Made by a program: the position numbers and the translations under genes. A stretch of 64,000 nt of DNA from Eledone cirrhosa (taxonomy: Eukaryota), in the NCBI GenBank assembly GCA_964016885.1, contig OZ024742.1, positions 52,204,001 through 52,268,000 on the forward strand, read 5' to 3'. The notes beneath the pieces were generated by a model that had not been told where the DNA came from, did not search any database, and saw only the letters and a list, made by a program, of their open reading frames with translations. Below, in pieces: positions 1-13,014 of the stretch; within the stretch, counting starts at the first letter, position 1; each line of letters begins with the position of its first letter.

Positions 1-398
1 CTCTTTAACTCACTACATTCCACGACATGAAGTCTGCTATCAAAACTGACCAAGGAATCCTTCCACCTGTACCCCTCCCTCCATCCCAGTTTGTCACTCT
101 ACTTCCTACCTCTTCCCCCTTCCTCTCTATCTATACTATTCCGTTTGTCCCCTCACCTTCTGCTTTCTCTCTCTCTATACTAGTAAATACAATTCCAAAT
201 AAATGTTTTCTCTATATATTAAGAATTATTTCAAGAGTAACATACTCACTATTTTAAAAATTTGGACTGTGAACAACAATTATAATTGAGTGGCTGCCAT
301 TTGCAGTATAGTAATATAAGGTTACACTTACCAATGAAACGGTCGTAAATACCTGGATAAAATCCTTCTCTTAATGCTTACCTGTGTTTTCTCTTTTA

Positions 399-433
<35 letters not shown>

Positions 434-443
434 ATATATTTTA

Positions 444-718
<275 letters not shown>

Positions 719-1544
719 TAGAGGGGGAGATAGAGACAGAAACGTATACATATGTAGAAAAGTTCAAAATTATGAAAATACATAATGTACTTCTATACAT
801 GTTTGAGCAAGTTTGGGGGTGTGTTGTTTCGTATACAAGCGTCGACTTGTAAACATTTGTGTGATATATGTGTCTCCGCAGACATATATACATGCATGTG
901 TGTTAGTATCTACATCCACACATGTATGTTAGTATCTACATCCAGACACTTACGTATGCATATATACATGTACATTGTATATAAATCTCTGTTACGATGT
1001 CAAGTATTTAATAGAACATTGAAAGGAGAGATTGTGTGACATTCATATAGTCCTTGAAATAATAAGTGAAGAAACCTTACTTTAACTAGGAATGAAAACT
1101 GAGATATATACATAGTTTATATTTCAAACATATTAAATTTATGATCAGTTCATATATAGTTCCATAGTATCATCTGTCGCATACCTTGAAATACAAGACA
1201 ATACACATTGAATTTTTCTTTTACTTGGGCTTCTCTACATATTTTCATGAAAATTGTTATGGTGAGCTTTCCTTATGTTGTCTCGTCTTCATGAGATTAA
1301 ACGGACTTCTAGCTTTGCGGCTGTGTCTCAACACTTTACAGTCGAATTTCGTAAAAGTTATCGCAATTTCTAATCTGAGAGTGTCTTCCCTTCCCTTGCA
1401 CATCTCGCCAATGGAATTCCCCTTGTATTATTGCATTCCTGACCACTACAATTTGCAAATATTCCAAAGCTACGCCAATTGTTTTCTGCTCTCTCTCTCT
1501 CTCAATGTAGTATGTCATCAATATATATAAATATATATATATAC

Positions 1545-1583
<39 letters not shown>

Positions 1584-1706
1584 GGAGGTGAGTTTTATTG
1601 TAGTACAATAAAGCAATGCAGATATCGGATAAGAAGCACTCTACAGTTTGTGGGACTGGAGTATGCATAATATAAGATCAAAAGATGGTTAAAGGAGTTC
1701 AATATA

Positions 1707-1773
1707 TTTTATTATGCGCATTTCAAAAACAAACATCATCAAACAATAATATTTGTGTTTTCATCAGATAAAA
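1707..1773 (-). ncRNA. Type I hammerhead ribozyme (mirror of 4782-4848)
   Basis: Reverse complement reads TTTTAT-CTGATGA-[stem II]-GAAA-TGCGCA-TA-ATAAAA. Confidence 0.85.
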
Positions 1774-3011
1774 CAGGAGAACATGATATGAAGGCTAAAA
1801 AAACACTTGTTGATAGTGCAGTTTTAAATCAACATATGAAAAGTGGTTTTAGATTGATGTGTGATATTGGGAAAAATATTTTATTTAGAGAGGGGGGGAG
1901 AGAAAAGGATGAAAAGGGAAGGAGATGAGAGGGAGAGATGGGTGATAGAGAGAAAGAGATAGTTTTTATAACAGAGAGGAGATATATTTTATATAGAGGG
2001 GTTGAAAGCCGTTGGAAGATACTGTATAAATTAAAAATTTTTGAAAATTAACGAAGGGAGGATATGTGCGAGGAAAAAATATATTATATTTAGGGAGGGG
2101 TGGGGGTGGAAAGGATGAAAAAAAGGGGAGGAGATGAGAGTGAAGGTGGAAAGGGAGAGATGGGTGATAGAGAGAAAGAGATAGTTTTTATAACTGAGAA
2201 AAAGATATAATGTTTTAATATAGAGAGGTTGGGAACCGTTGGAAGATAATGTATAAATTAAAGGAATTTGAAAATTAACGAAGGGAAATTATGTATGGAG
2301 ATAGAGAGAAAAAAATAACGAAGGGAGATTATGTATGGAGATAGAGAGAAAAAAAAATAATAATTGTGGGTGAATATTCAAAAGGAGAAATGTAGGAATC
2401 TTAAAATTAGCAAAGAGAAAATGTTTATGTATAGGATTTGAGAAAAATAATGTGAAGTTAAAGTTTTTATATTGAATTCATATGTATTAATAATGAGTTC
2501 GTTGATGGGGAGAAAAAAATAATAATAAATTAAGGATGAAATTGAGATTAAAAAGATTTATGATAGAGAGAAAAAAAAATAATAATGATTGCGGATGAAT
2601 ACTCAAAATGTCAAAAACAAATGTTATTGTTTTACGAAGAGATATAATGAGGGTGATGAGTAAACGGGTATTATAGAGTGTATAATGCCCTTTAAAGTAA
2701 GGTAGATGGGTATATTTTAAAGAATATATGAGTATATATTAAAAAAAAATATATAATAATAAATTAAGGATGAAATTGAGATTAAAAAGATTTATGATAG
2801 AGGGAAAAAAAATAATAATGATTGCGGATGAATATTCAAAATGTTAAAAACAAATGTTATTGTTTTACGAGAAGATAGGATGAGGTAAATGAATAAACGA
2901 GTACTATAGAGTGTATAATGCCCTTTAAAGTAAGGTAGATGGGTATATTTTAAAGAGGTGTATGTATATGTGCCTTTGAGAAAAGATTCTAAATTGATAA
3001 AGAATTGAATA

Positions 3012-3266
3012 TTAACTGTATACTTTGTGAAAAGTTCTATGGAATTTATGGAGGCAGATGGAAAACAAATCCGAGCGTCTATTTATTATGGATTCTAGGT
3101 TAGAGATAATGGTAAATTTTTCATTTAGGCAGAGATTACAGATTTTAGATAGAGAACTGTTCAAGTACGAGGATGCAGAAGAAATCTTTTTCCAAAAGAT
3201 GTTATATTTAATGTTTTTGTCTTTTAAGGACCATATGAGTTCTGAGAGAGCAGTGTTAGTTCTTTT
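3012..3266 (-). pseudogene. PLE GIY-YIG endonuclease C-terminal fragment (mirror copy)
   Basis: Reverse complement of the 3279-3533 part of the open frame. Confidence 0.75.
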
Positions 3267-3533
3267 AAGTTTGTATTTGAAAGAACTAACACTGCTCTCT
3301 CAGAACTCATATGGTCCTTAAAAGACAAAAACATTAAATATAACATCTTTTGGAAAAAGATTTCTTCTGCATCCTCGTACTTGAACAGTTCTCTATCTAA
3401 AATCTGTAATCTCTGCCTAAATGAAAAATTTACCATTATCTCTAACCTAGAATCCATAATAAATAGACGCTCGGATTTGTTTTCCATCTGCCTCCATAAA
3501 TTCCATAGAACTTTTCACAAAGTATACAGTTAA
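3267..3533 (+). pseudogene. PLE GIY-YIG endonuclease C-terminal fragment, 5'-truncated but open
   Basis: Hand translation: KFVFERTNTALSELIWSLKDKNIKYNIFWKKISSASSYLNSSLSKICNLCLNEKFTIISNLESIINRRSDLFSICLHKFHRTFHKVYS*. The LS..IW.LKD..I.Y.I.W / CNLC..EK / R..L...C.H pattern resembles PLE endonuclease C-termini. Confidence 0.8.
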
Positions 3534-4781
3534 TATTCAATTCTTTATCAATTTAGAATCTTTTCTCAAAGGCACATATACATACACCTCTTTAAAATAT
3601 ACCCATCTACCTTACTTTAAAGGGCATTATACACTCTATAGTACTCGTTTATTCATTTACCTCATCCTATCTTCTCGTAAAACAATAACATTTGTTTTTG
3701 ACATTTTGAATATTCATCCGCAATCATTATTATTTTTTTTTTTTTTTTTTCCCTCTATCATAAATCTTTTTAATCTCAATTTCATCCTTAATTTATTATT
3801 ATATATTTTTTTTTAATATATACTCATATATTCTTTAAAATATACCCATCTACCTTACTTTAAAGGGCATTATACACTCTATAATACCCGTTTACTCATC
3901 ACCCTCATTATATCTCTTCGTAAAACAATAACATTTGTTTTTGACATTTTGAGTATTCATCCGCAATCATTATTATTTTTTTTTCTCTCTATCATAAATC
4001 TTTTTAATCTCAATTTCATCCTTAATTTATTATTATTTTTTTCTCCCCATCAACGAACTCATTATTAATACATATGAATTCAATATAAAAACTTTAACTT
4101 CACATTATTTTTCTCAAATCCTATACATAAACATTTTCTCTTTGCTAATTTTAAGATTCCTACATTTCTCCTTTTGAATATTCACCCACAATTATTATTT
4201 TTTTTTCTCTCTATCTCCATACATAATCTCCCTTCGTTATTTTTTTCTCTCTATCTCCATACATAATTTCCCTTCGTTAATTTTCAAATTCCTTTAATTT
4301 ATACATTATCTTCCAACGGTTCCCAACCTCTCTATATTAAAACATTATATCTTTTTCTCAGTTATAAAAACTATCTCTTTCTCTCTATCACCCATCTCTC
4401 CCTTTCCACCTTCACTCTCATCTCCTCCCCTTTTTTTCATCCTTTCCACCCCCACCCCTCCCTAAATATAATATATTTTTTCCTCGCACATATCCTCCCT
4501 TCGTTAATTTTCAAAAATTTTTAATTTATACAGTATCTTCCAACGGCTTTCAACCCCTCTATATAAAATATATCTCCTCTCTGTTATAAAAACTATCTCT
4601 TTCTCTCTATCACCCATCTCTCCCTCTCATCTCCTTCCCTTTTCATCCTTTTCTCTCCCCCCCTCTCTAAATAAAATATTTTTCCCAATATCACACATCA
4701 ATCTAAAACCACTTTTCATATGTTGATTTAAAACTGCACTATCAACAAGTGTTTTTTTAGCCTTCATATCATGTTCTCCTG

Positions 4782-4848
4782 TTTTATCTGATGAAAACAC
4801 AAATATTATTGTTTGATGATGTTTGTTTTTGAAATGCGCATAATAAAA
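4782..4848 (+). ncRNA. Type I hammerhead ribozyme with long G-U-rich stem II
   Basis: Stem I TTTTAT/ATAAAA; core CTGATGA 4788-4794; stem II includes CAAATATTATT/GATGATGTTTG; GAAA 4831-4834; palindromic stem III TGCGCA; predicted cleavage after AUA (4842). Confidence 0.85.
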
Positions 4849-4880
4849 TATATTGAACTCCTTTAACCATCTTTTGATCT

Positions 4881-4938
<58 letters not shown>

Positions 4939-5199
4939 GGAAAAAATGAAACGAAATTTCATTTCTCACTCTTAGTACGGCTGTTACTTAAATATAAGTA
5001 TGTATACATACATATATGTATACCGACGTACAGTAGTATGTATATATATATACATACATGCACACACATATATATATGTACTTATGGATTCACCGAACAT
5101 TTATTATAATGCTCGGTGTGTTTGTAAACAAACAACCCGAATTAAGCCGTACAATGTCTAGCAACCATCGTTGCTCATTTGTTCAACACTGACAAAGGA

Positions 5200-5242
5200 A
5201 CGCTGTACTAGTTTCAAGCTTATTAGCTATCGTCAGCAACGT
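5200..5242 (-). ncRNA. Minimal type I hammerhead ribozyme
   Basis: Reverse complement reads ACGTTG-CTGACGA-TAGCTAATAAGCTT-GAAA-CTAG-TA-CAGCGT. Confidence 0.85.
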
Positions 5243-5478
5243 ATACCTTCCTGCCAGATGGTTGAACGTCTGAAAGTATATACTTTCCCTATGCATATTA
5301 ACGGCTTAGTAGCCTAATTTGTATATCGAGTGAATTAATGGGCCGTTTATCGGCCGTTTATCGTTTTCGGTACCCCGGCCCATTAACTTACACGATATGC
5401 AAATTAGGCTGCTAAGCCGTTAATATGCATAAGGAAAGTATATACTTTCAGACGTTCAACCATCTGGCAGGAAGGTAT

Positions 5479-5521
5479 ACGTTGCTGACGATAGCTAATA
5501 AGCTTGAAACTACTACAGCGT
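5479..5521 (+). ncRNA. Minimal type I hammerhead ribozyme, stem III mutated (CTAC)
   Basis: ACGTTG-CTGACGA-TAGCTAATAAGCTT-GAAA-CTAC-TA-CAGCGT. Confidence 0.7.
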
Positions 5522-5915
5522 TCCTTTGTCAGTGTTGAACAAATGAACAACGATGGTTGCTAGACACTGTACGGCTTAATACGGGTTGTTTGTTTACAAA
5601 CACACCGAGCATTATAATAATTGTTCTGTGAATCCATACGTACATATATATATATGTGTGCATGTATGTATATATATATATATATATATACTACTGTACG
5701 TCTGTATACATATATGTATGTACGTATACATACTTATATATAAGTAACAGCCGTACTAAGAGTGAGCAATGAAATTTCGTTTCATTTTTTCCGTTAATCG
5801 TTTTCGGAACCCCGGATGATTTACTCACTCGATATGTAAATTAGGCTGCTCAGCCGTTAATATGCATGAGGAAAGTATATACTTTCAGACGTTCAACCAT
5901 TTGGCAGAAAGGTAT

Positions 5916-5958
5916 ACGTTGCTGACGATAGCTAATAAGCTTGAAACTAGTACAGCGT
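5916..5958 (+). ncRNA. Minimal type I hammerhead ribozyme
   Basis: ACGTTG-CTGACGA-TAGCTAATAAGCTT-GAAA-CTAG-TA-CAGCGT; palindromic stem III. Confidence 0.85.
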
Positions 5959-6223
5959 TCCTTTGTCAGCGTTGAACAAATGAGCAACGATGGTTGCTAG
6001 ACATTGTACGGCTTAATTCGGGTTGTTTGTTTACAAACACACCGAGCATTATCATAAATGTTCGGTGAATCCATAAGTACATATATATATGTGTGTGCAT
6101 GTATGTATATATATATACATACTACTGTACGTCGGTATACATATATGTATGTACGTATACATACTTATATTTAAGTAACAGCCGTACTAAGAGTGAGAAA
6201 TGAAATTTCGTTTCATTTTTTCC

Positions 6224-6289
<66 letters not shown>

Positions 6290-6299
6290 ATATATATAC

Positions 6300-6330
<31 letters not shown>

Positions 6331-6473
6331 TTGTTATGCTTTGGGAGGGTCATGTTGCCAATAAGAAACACACACACCTGTTGCTCCACTCCAATTTATT
6401 ATAAATTATTCAAAAACAAGATAGCGTAGGACAGAACAAAGGAGAGGCACAAAAACAAAGAAAAGAATCCCCA

Positions 6474-6516
6474 GTCATTGAAGATGTCACAGAATGTGTG
6501 ACGAAAGAATTTTGAC
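6474..6516 (+). ncRNA. Degenerate hammerhead-like motif
   Basis: GTCA-TTGAAGA-TGTCACA.GAATG.TGTGAC-GAAA-GAAT-TT-TGAC; stems I and II pair, core has U3 with G8, stem III poor. Confidence 0.45.
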
Positions 6517-6603
6517 AATATATAAACAACCGTCCGGTTGTGGAAACAACCAACCAATCGGAAATTTATAAATTTTTAAATTTATAAATTTAATTTATAA
6601 TAA

Positions 6604-6835
6604 ATTGTACGGCTTAATTCGGGCTGTTTGTTTACAAACAAACCGAACATTGTAATAAATGTTCGGTAAACCCATACATACATATATATATATATATGTG
6701 TGTGTGTGTGCATGTATGTATATATACACATACTACTGTACGTCTGTATACATATATGTATGTACGCATACATACTTACATTTAGGTAACAACCGTACCA
6801 AGATTGACAAATTTCATTCCATTTCATTATTTTCC

Positions 6836-6840
<5 letters not shown>
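6604..6840 (+). mobile_element. Diverged 3' fragment of family D
   Basis: Similar to 6003-6227 (ATTGTACGGCTTAATTCGGG..GTTTACAAAC..); another short end fragment at ~23681-23734 (-). Confidence 0.75.
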
Positions 6841-6894
<54 letters not shown>

Positions 6895-6898
<4 letters not shown>

Positions 6899-7060
6899 AA
6901 CGAGTAGAACCCCGACGGCTGAGCTCAAGCAGTTTCGACGGCTAATTCTGGAGCTCAGCCGTCGCGGTTCTACTTGTTCTTATTACCCACTCTGCTACCC
7001 TAAGTATTGAGTACTTTGGTGCGTTATGGTCCATCTGGTTCCTTACCACATTTCCTTCGT

Positions 7061-7062
<2 letters not shown>
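6895..7062 (+). mobile_element. Family B fold-back, copy 2
   Basis: Same termini and tail as 482-620, opposite orientation; (TA)n flanks. Confidence 0.85.
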
Positions 7063-7141
<79 letters not shown>

Positions 7142-7283
7142 ACAGCAACACTCATCTTTTTCCATTTCACCGAGGGTTATAAACCCCTCTATCAGGCTAG
7201 AAATTTCTTATAATTTCTAATTTCTAATTTCAAACTCGCGCACCGTTTCAAAAACATACCTACATGTTTACGTTTATAATATG

Positions 7284-7357
<74 letters not shown>

Positions 7358-7735
7358 GTTAGAGGTGCTTTAGCAGCCGAAGTGTATGATTGACAAAGTT
7401 AGTTATAGCTATATAAATATAGAGTATTCAATCGAGACTGCACCAACTTGTATAAATATATACACATATTGATTTTTTATACGTGTAAACATGTCAGAAA
7501 ATAAGAATTTCCCTGTAAGTTGAAAAACATGAGCAACATTTGAATCGATTTTCGGATATTATTAAACTCGCATCAGGTTATGTGCATATCATCCAACCAA
7601 CCACAAGGCAACATGTATTTCATGAGTATATATACTCAATCACTCTTAGTATCATTCTGAAATGTGCAAACACTTAGCGTTCTTACTGGTATTAGTAATT
7701 AATTTATATATATTAATTATATATATATATATATA

Positions 7736-7882
7736 AAGAAAAAAAGATGAAATCGATAATGCAACTGGAGTCTTATTTTTACAAAAATATATATATTTAT
7801 TTGGTTCCTTTACCGGTTTCGCAGTTCTTCTGCTTTTCAAAAGTAGAGTTGAGATGGAGGGTCTGTGGTTTTTCTGAAATCT
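7736..7882 (-). mobile_element. Solo 3' pLTR fragment of the PLE at 16.7-20.6 kb, with an intact U3-A8 HHR at 7808-7843
   Basis: Matches 20470-20612 in reverse; reverse complement reads CTT-TTGAAAA-GCAG.AAGAA.CTGC-GAAA-CCGG-TA-AAG; (TA)n on both sides. Confidence 0.8.
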
Positions 7883-7883
7883 G

Positions 7884-8041
<158 letters not shown>

Positions 8042-8046
8042 TATGT

Positions 8047-8111
<65 letters not shown>

Positions 8112-8973
8112 TAAGTATATATAAGTATATATATATATACGTATATATGTATATATAAGTGTATATATATAAGTATGTATATTTACTTACTTACGGACAC
8201 CACATGTATACTTATTTGAAACCAATAGTATTTCAACAAGACAGGCCTAAAGGCCACAAATATTTTTAATCTTACTATCAAACTGAATAAATAATGTAGC
8301 TGGTATTCTAAACTTTGTGCATGGCAGAATCATTACAATGTACGAAGTACTTGGAATATCTATTGGAAAAACATCTTATACGACAGAATGCATGGCTTTA
8401 TGAAAAGAAAGCTATGGAAGATAGTCAATATTTCGCGTAGGATCTATAGATTACATTGATTACATAGTTTTGAAATCTAGTTGATATTAGATTATATATT
8501 TGTCAATAGAAGATTTTCATCATCTAAATTTTCATAATATTTTTCTATACTGTATAACATACATATGTGCATCCTTATTTATGACGTTGCTTATCTAAAA
8601 AAAAATGGATTACCAATCCTGCCATAATATGTACACTACCCAACAGCTTGATGAGACACGTCGGAGATTATATGCTATATTCTTCCCTTTACTTAATATA
8701 TAATAAGTTTTACATAGTTATATAAGTTTCACTATAACTCTTATATATTACATGTTCGTATTAAAAAGCAGGATATAGATTGCTACATATTATTTATTAC
8801 TGAAAACGTATACTATCATATATATATATTCTTTGCTTAAACTTTAATCTGTTATTTTAATAAATATATATATATATAATTATATATAAGTATATATTAT
8901 ATATTATATATTATATATAAGTATATATTATATATTATATATTATATATAAGTATATATTATATATAAGTTTA

Positions 8974-9065
<92 letters not shown>

Positions 9066-9282
9066 TCATTACAACGTGTTACTTTGACAAATTTTAAGCA
9101 CAAACAGAAACAGGACTTACAAATATATACAGCATACAAAAGATAGCACTACTAGTCATTGCACACATATTACGAAAGGTACTATCAATACAATAGAAAC
9201 AGCATCAACAAAAACGTTACTGCTCATACCCAAGGCGCCCAGAGCTGTGCACAGTAAAGTAGTAATGATGTGCAATAAAAAA

Positions 9283-9440
9283 TAATTGTTTCTACTTTAA
9301 GCAGAGGGCCAGCAATTTGAAGGGGGTGTCGATTAAAACGATCGCAGTGTATCACTGGTACATTATTTTATCGACCCCGTAAGGGTGAAAGGGAAAATTA
9401 ACCTCGGCGAGATTTTAACTCAGAACATAGATGGCCATAA
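9283..9440 (-). mobile_element. tRNA-derived SINE fragment
   Basis: Reverse complement of the family core CCTTTCATCCTTACGGGGTCGATAAAAT and the GAGTT-AAA B-box-like region seen at 35622. Confidence 0.75.
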
Positions 9441-9489
9441 CTCGTTGCTGCAAGTAAGGGTTGGCACGAATACCAAATTGAAGCGAGTT

Positions 9490-9935
9490 TAACCTTTGCC
9501 CCCCCCCCCCCATCCGTCTTCTTCTGATTACTAAATGCTGACGCTGACGCATTACTCCAAAAGCTCCTGGATTCTTGCACTTAATTCAGCCACACGATTT
9601 CCATCATTCGTGAACACGACCCCGAGATACTTGAACTTCTCTATCTGATTCATTGGAACTCCACTTACTTTTTGAGTGCACTGTGCAGGCTTCCATGAGA
9701 GTGTCTCAGTTTCCGCATCACTGATTTTCATTCCAGCCGTGCAGCACTCGGCATCGAACCTATTGAGTGAAAGATGGACATCATTTTCTGCCGAATTAAG
9801 TAACACCATGTCGTCTGCAAATTCCAGCCGACTGGTTTTACATCTACTAGTCATGATACCACTACCAACTGCGCATGTCAATTCTGTTCATATAAATAAT
9901 GAACAGGAACGGTGACAGTATGCACCCTTGGCGGA
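9490..9935 (-). pseudogene. RTE-like LINE reverse transcriptase fragment
   Basis: ORF 9552-9881: LEFADDMVLL..GMKIS..QIEKFKYLGVVFTNDG. Confidence 0.8.
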
Positions 9936-10024
9936 GTCTGACTCTCAATTTGTTTCAAACAACTTAAAACAATCAAATCTCAGTGAGCGATGTACAGAAT
10001 CGTCCCGAGAGACCCAACAATAAA

Positions 10025-10485
10025 AATAATAGTTGTTTCTACTTTAGGCACAAGGACAGCAATTTTGAAGGCGAGAGGAAAGACGATTAAATCGACTCCA
10101 GTACGTTACAGGTACTTTATTTTATCGACGCCGTAAGGATGAAATGCAAAGCTAACCTCGGCGGGATTTGAATTCAGAACGTCAAGAGTCGTAGCTTTAT
10201 GCCACGAATCATGATGTCCAGCTCTCTACCGATACTGCCAAACCACGGTTTTAACAACAGATATATTAATAAAAACAATAATGGTTTCTGATTTAGGCTC
10301 AAGGCCAGCAATTTTGGGAAAATGTGGAACGTTGATTAAGTTCACTCCCAGTGCGTTACTTTATTTTATCAACCGCGTAAGGATGAAAGGCAAATCTAAC
10401 CTCAGCAGGATTTGATCTCAGAATGTAAACGGCGGTAGCTCTATGCTACGAAGCAGCGTATCTGATGTCCTACCGATACTTCCAA
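10025..10485 (-). mobile_element. Two tandem tRNA-derived SINE copies (~10025-10250, ~10275-10485)
   Basis: TTTTATCGAC..CGTAAGGATGAAA..AACCTCGGCGGGATTTGAA..CAGAA core present twice. Confidence 0.8.
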
Positions 10486-10982
10486 AAGAATAAATCCTTC
10501 CAGTTTAATACTCTCGTAGTTTTCATGTTATGAGGTATGAGTTTGAAGAATCAATAAACCAGTTGCTCGGTGTTAGGAACACTGGCTTATGTAAGAAACA
10601 AGAACATATTACTTTGAAATTGAAAACTTTATACTACAAAATAAGAACAACATCATCAACAACATCAGCAACAGCAACAACAACAACAACAAGTGTAACA
10701 TCAGAGCCAGCATTTATCGATGTTTGCATGCAAGAATGACGGAAAAACGAAAAATATGTATTATAATAGAACAAATAGTTGTATGGAACTCATAAATGCA
10801 GAGACTCCATAATATTGATAATAGCATTGTAGATCTTTTAAAAGCTGGCTGAAAATTTATAAATTTATATGCCACAACGCATAAGTTCTTTTCAAACACA
10901 CACACTCTCTCCCAAACACACGCTCACACACACACACGCAAACACAAACACAAACACACATACACATACACATAAACACACC

Positions 10983-11034
<52 letters not shown>

Positions 11035-12225
11035 CACGTACATGCAGGTATACATATATCAGAAATATAACATATACATGCGTGTGTATGTGGATAAAAT
11101 ACATAAAATACAATACTTTTTACAAAAGACACTAGAAGTGGAAATCGAAGCAAAATGTTTATCCATACAAGATTTTGTGAAATATAAACTATATATATAT
11201 TGCTATTGAAAGTATCTTCTTTTTATGCAACAACCACAATGTTAAAATTTGAATTTTATTCTAAAATACTTTTACATTTATTTTTATGGAATTTAAAGTT
11301 GCTTTCTATGGCATGTTTTATCTCAGGAAATATTTGAAACCATGAAAAATGGTAGTTATATTTTCTACTAGAAATGGAGCCCTAAGTTGTCAGCCAAGGT
11401 GTATGGAGAAAAACATTGTGATGAATTGTATTTTTGTTTTTGGTGACCTAAATAGCTTAATCTCTAAATAAAGTTTATGATCATTTTTACACAAGCACAC
11501 CAACACACACGCATGCACACACACACATACACACATACACACATACATACACTCTCAAACATGCACTATTTGCAAAATCATGTTCAAGTCAAGGAACATA
11601 TGAATATGCTTGACTTGTACTCATGATAATATTTCTGAAAACGTTATGTTTACAGCTAAAATCTTCATATATCATACCAGGAGATGCACCCGTAAAATTT
11701 AATGAAAAGGCACACAAATATTCAATAACGTGTGTTAGTGAAGAATTTCACTTTCAATTCATATTATAAAACCCTTTATTAGAGCTCTAGCGATAAATGT
11801 AAATGCCTGATTTGCACTCAATACTACTTAAATATATATTAATTATTTTCAGGTATCTAGATTAGTTTCATCATTTGTTCTTTTCAGAGAAAAGGATGTA
11901 GTAGAGTGAAGTTCAAGTCAACACGAATAGGAGATACATAATTCAAAAATTCATTGATAAGTTCAAAGAGCGTGTTAGAAAAGAGATTTGATAATTAAGT
12001 AAATAGCCGATTAGTTGTTTAAACGAATAAGGGATGGAATAGTTACATGATTAATAATAAAGACTGGTGAAAAACTCAAGCGGTGCGCATGATATTGGAG
12101 CCAGCATGATCTTTCTAAATTTTAGTAATATCTCTTTCATCACAACATGCTACGTCAGGAATTTCGCGATGTAAATATAAAAACAAAGTACACACACGCA
12201 CACATACAGAGACACACACACACAT

Positions 12226-12290
<65 letters not shown>

Positions 12291-12300
12291 AACCAGTAAG

Positions 12301-12394
12301 ACCCCGACAGCTGAGCTCAAGCCGTTTCGACGGCTAATTCTGGACTAAATGAAAATTTATCCTGGTATTTAAATAGCCGATCTTCTCAAGGGGT
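12301..12394 (-). ncRNA. Type I hammerhead ribozyme, U3-A8 variant (mirror copy)
   Basis: Reverse complement of 12806-12899. Confidence 0.75.
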
Positions 12395-12805
12395 AATTCC
12401 ATATATGGTCAAAGTGATTGTCAAAAATCAGTAGTAATTCTGTGGTTGCAAATTAGTAGGGGAGATGGTGGCTAAACCTGCCAGTAGGAGAAAGAGGGGA
12501 GGGGGTGGAGTAGCCCCAATCAAGCGTTTGTAGTGCCAGCTACAGCTGGGCATGAGGTCAAAGAAGATACAGGGGAGGGGGGGGGTCGGAACGGTAGGTA
12601 GAACAATGGGGGGTAGAAATAATACTGAGAGTGAAGAAAAGCAAATAAGTGTAGCTGTAGCTGGCACTACAAACGCTTGATTGGGGCTACTCCACCCCCT
12701 CCCCTCTTTCTCCTACTGGCAGGTTTAGCCACCATCTCCCCTACTAATTTGCAACCACAGAATTACTACTGATTTTTGACAATCACTTTGACCATATATG
12801 GAATT

Positions 12806-12899
12806 ACCCCTTGAGAAGATCGGCTATTTAAATACCAGGATAAATTTTCATTTAGTCCAGAATTAGCCGTCGAAACGGCTTGAGCTCAGCTGTCGGGGT
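12806..12899 (+). ncRNA. Type I hammerhead ribozyme, U3-A8 variant, long stems II and III
   Basis: Stem I ACCCC/GGGGT; core TTGAGAA; stem II GA(T)CGGCTA/TAGCCGTC; GAAA 12872-12875; stem III CGGC-T-TGAGCTCA-GCTG; GUC triplet. Confidence 0.75.
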
Positions 12900-13014
12900 C
12901 TTACTGGTTCCTATTACCCACTCTACTACCTCAAGTATTGAGTACTTTGGTGCGTTATGGTCCACCTGGTTCCTTACCACATTTCCTTCGTTATATATAT
13001 ATATATATATATAT

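Larger units (their letters stand above)
1581..4888. mobile_element. Penelope-like element, family A copy 1: 3.2-kb near-perfect palindrome (two 5'-truncated copies head-to-head) with a one-sided tail at 1581-1666
   Basis: 1667-~3268 is the reverse complement of ~3277-4888 (I saw one arm substitution and a poly-T length difference); each arm has a GIY-YIG C-terminal frame, a long AT-rich 3' region and an HHR; flanked by (TA)n. Confidence 0.9.
4935..6227. mobile_element. Non-coding PLE-like/retrozyme-like element, family D: one inverted plus two tandem ~430-bp units, each with an HHR
   Basis: Unit 4935-~5350 (-), ~5357-5796 (+), 5797-6227 (+); all end in TTTCGTTTCATTTTTTCCGTT; (TA)n on both flanks. 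Confidence 0.85.
12287..12993 (+). mobile_element. Family B fold-back, longest copy: ~260-bp arms (12287-12547 / 12653-12913), ~105-bp spacer, 80-bp tail
   Basis: Direct reverse-complement match of the arms; (TA)n flanks. Confidence 0.9.

Noticed and set aside
320-350. TTAC..GAAACGGTC-GTAA, resembling the 3' half of an HHR
   Set aside because: No CUGANGA-type core or stem II
3058-3487. Two mirror 87-aa ORFs (MENKSERLF..)
   Set aside because: Antisense shadows of the endonuclease frame, duplicated by the palindrome
7538-7580. HHR-like CTGATGC..GAAA-ATCGAT-TC on the minus strand
   Set aside because: A9 is substituted and stems I and II do not pair convincingly
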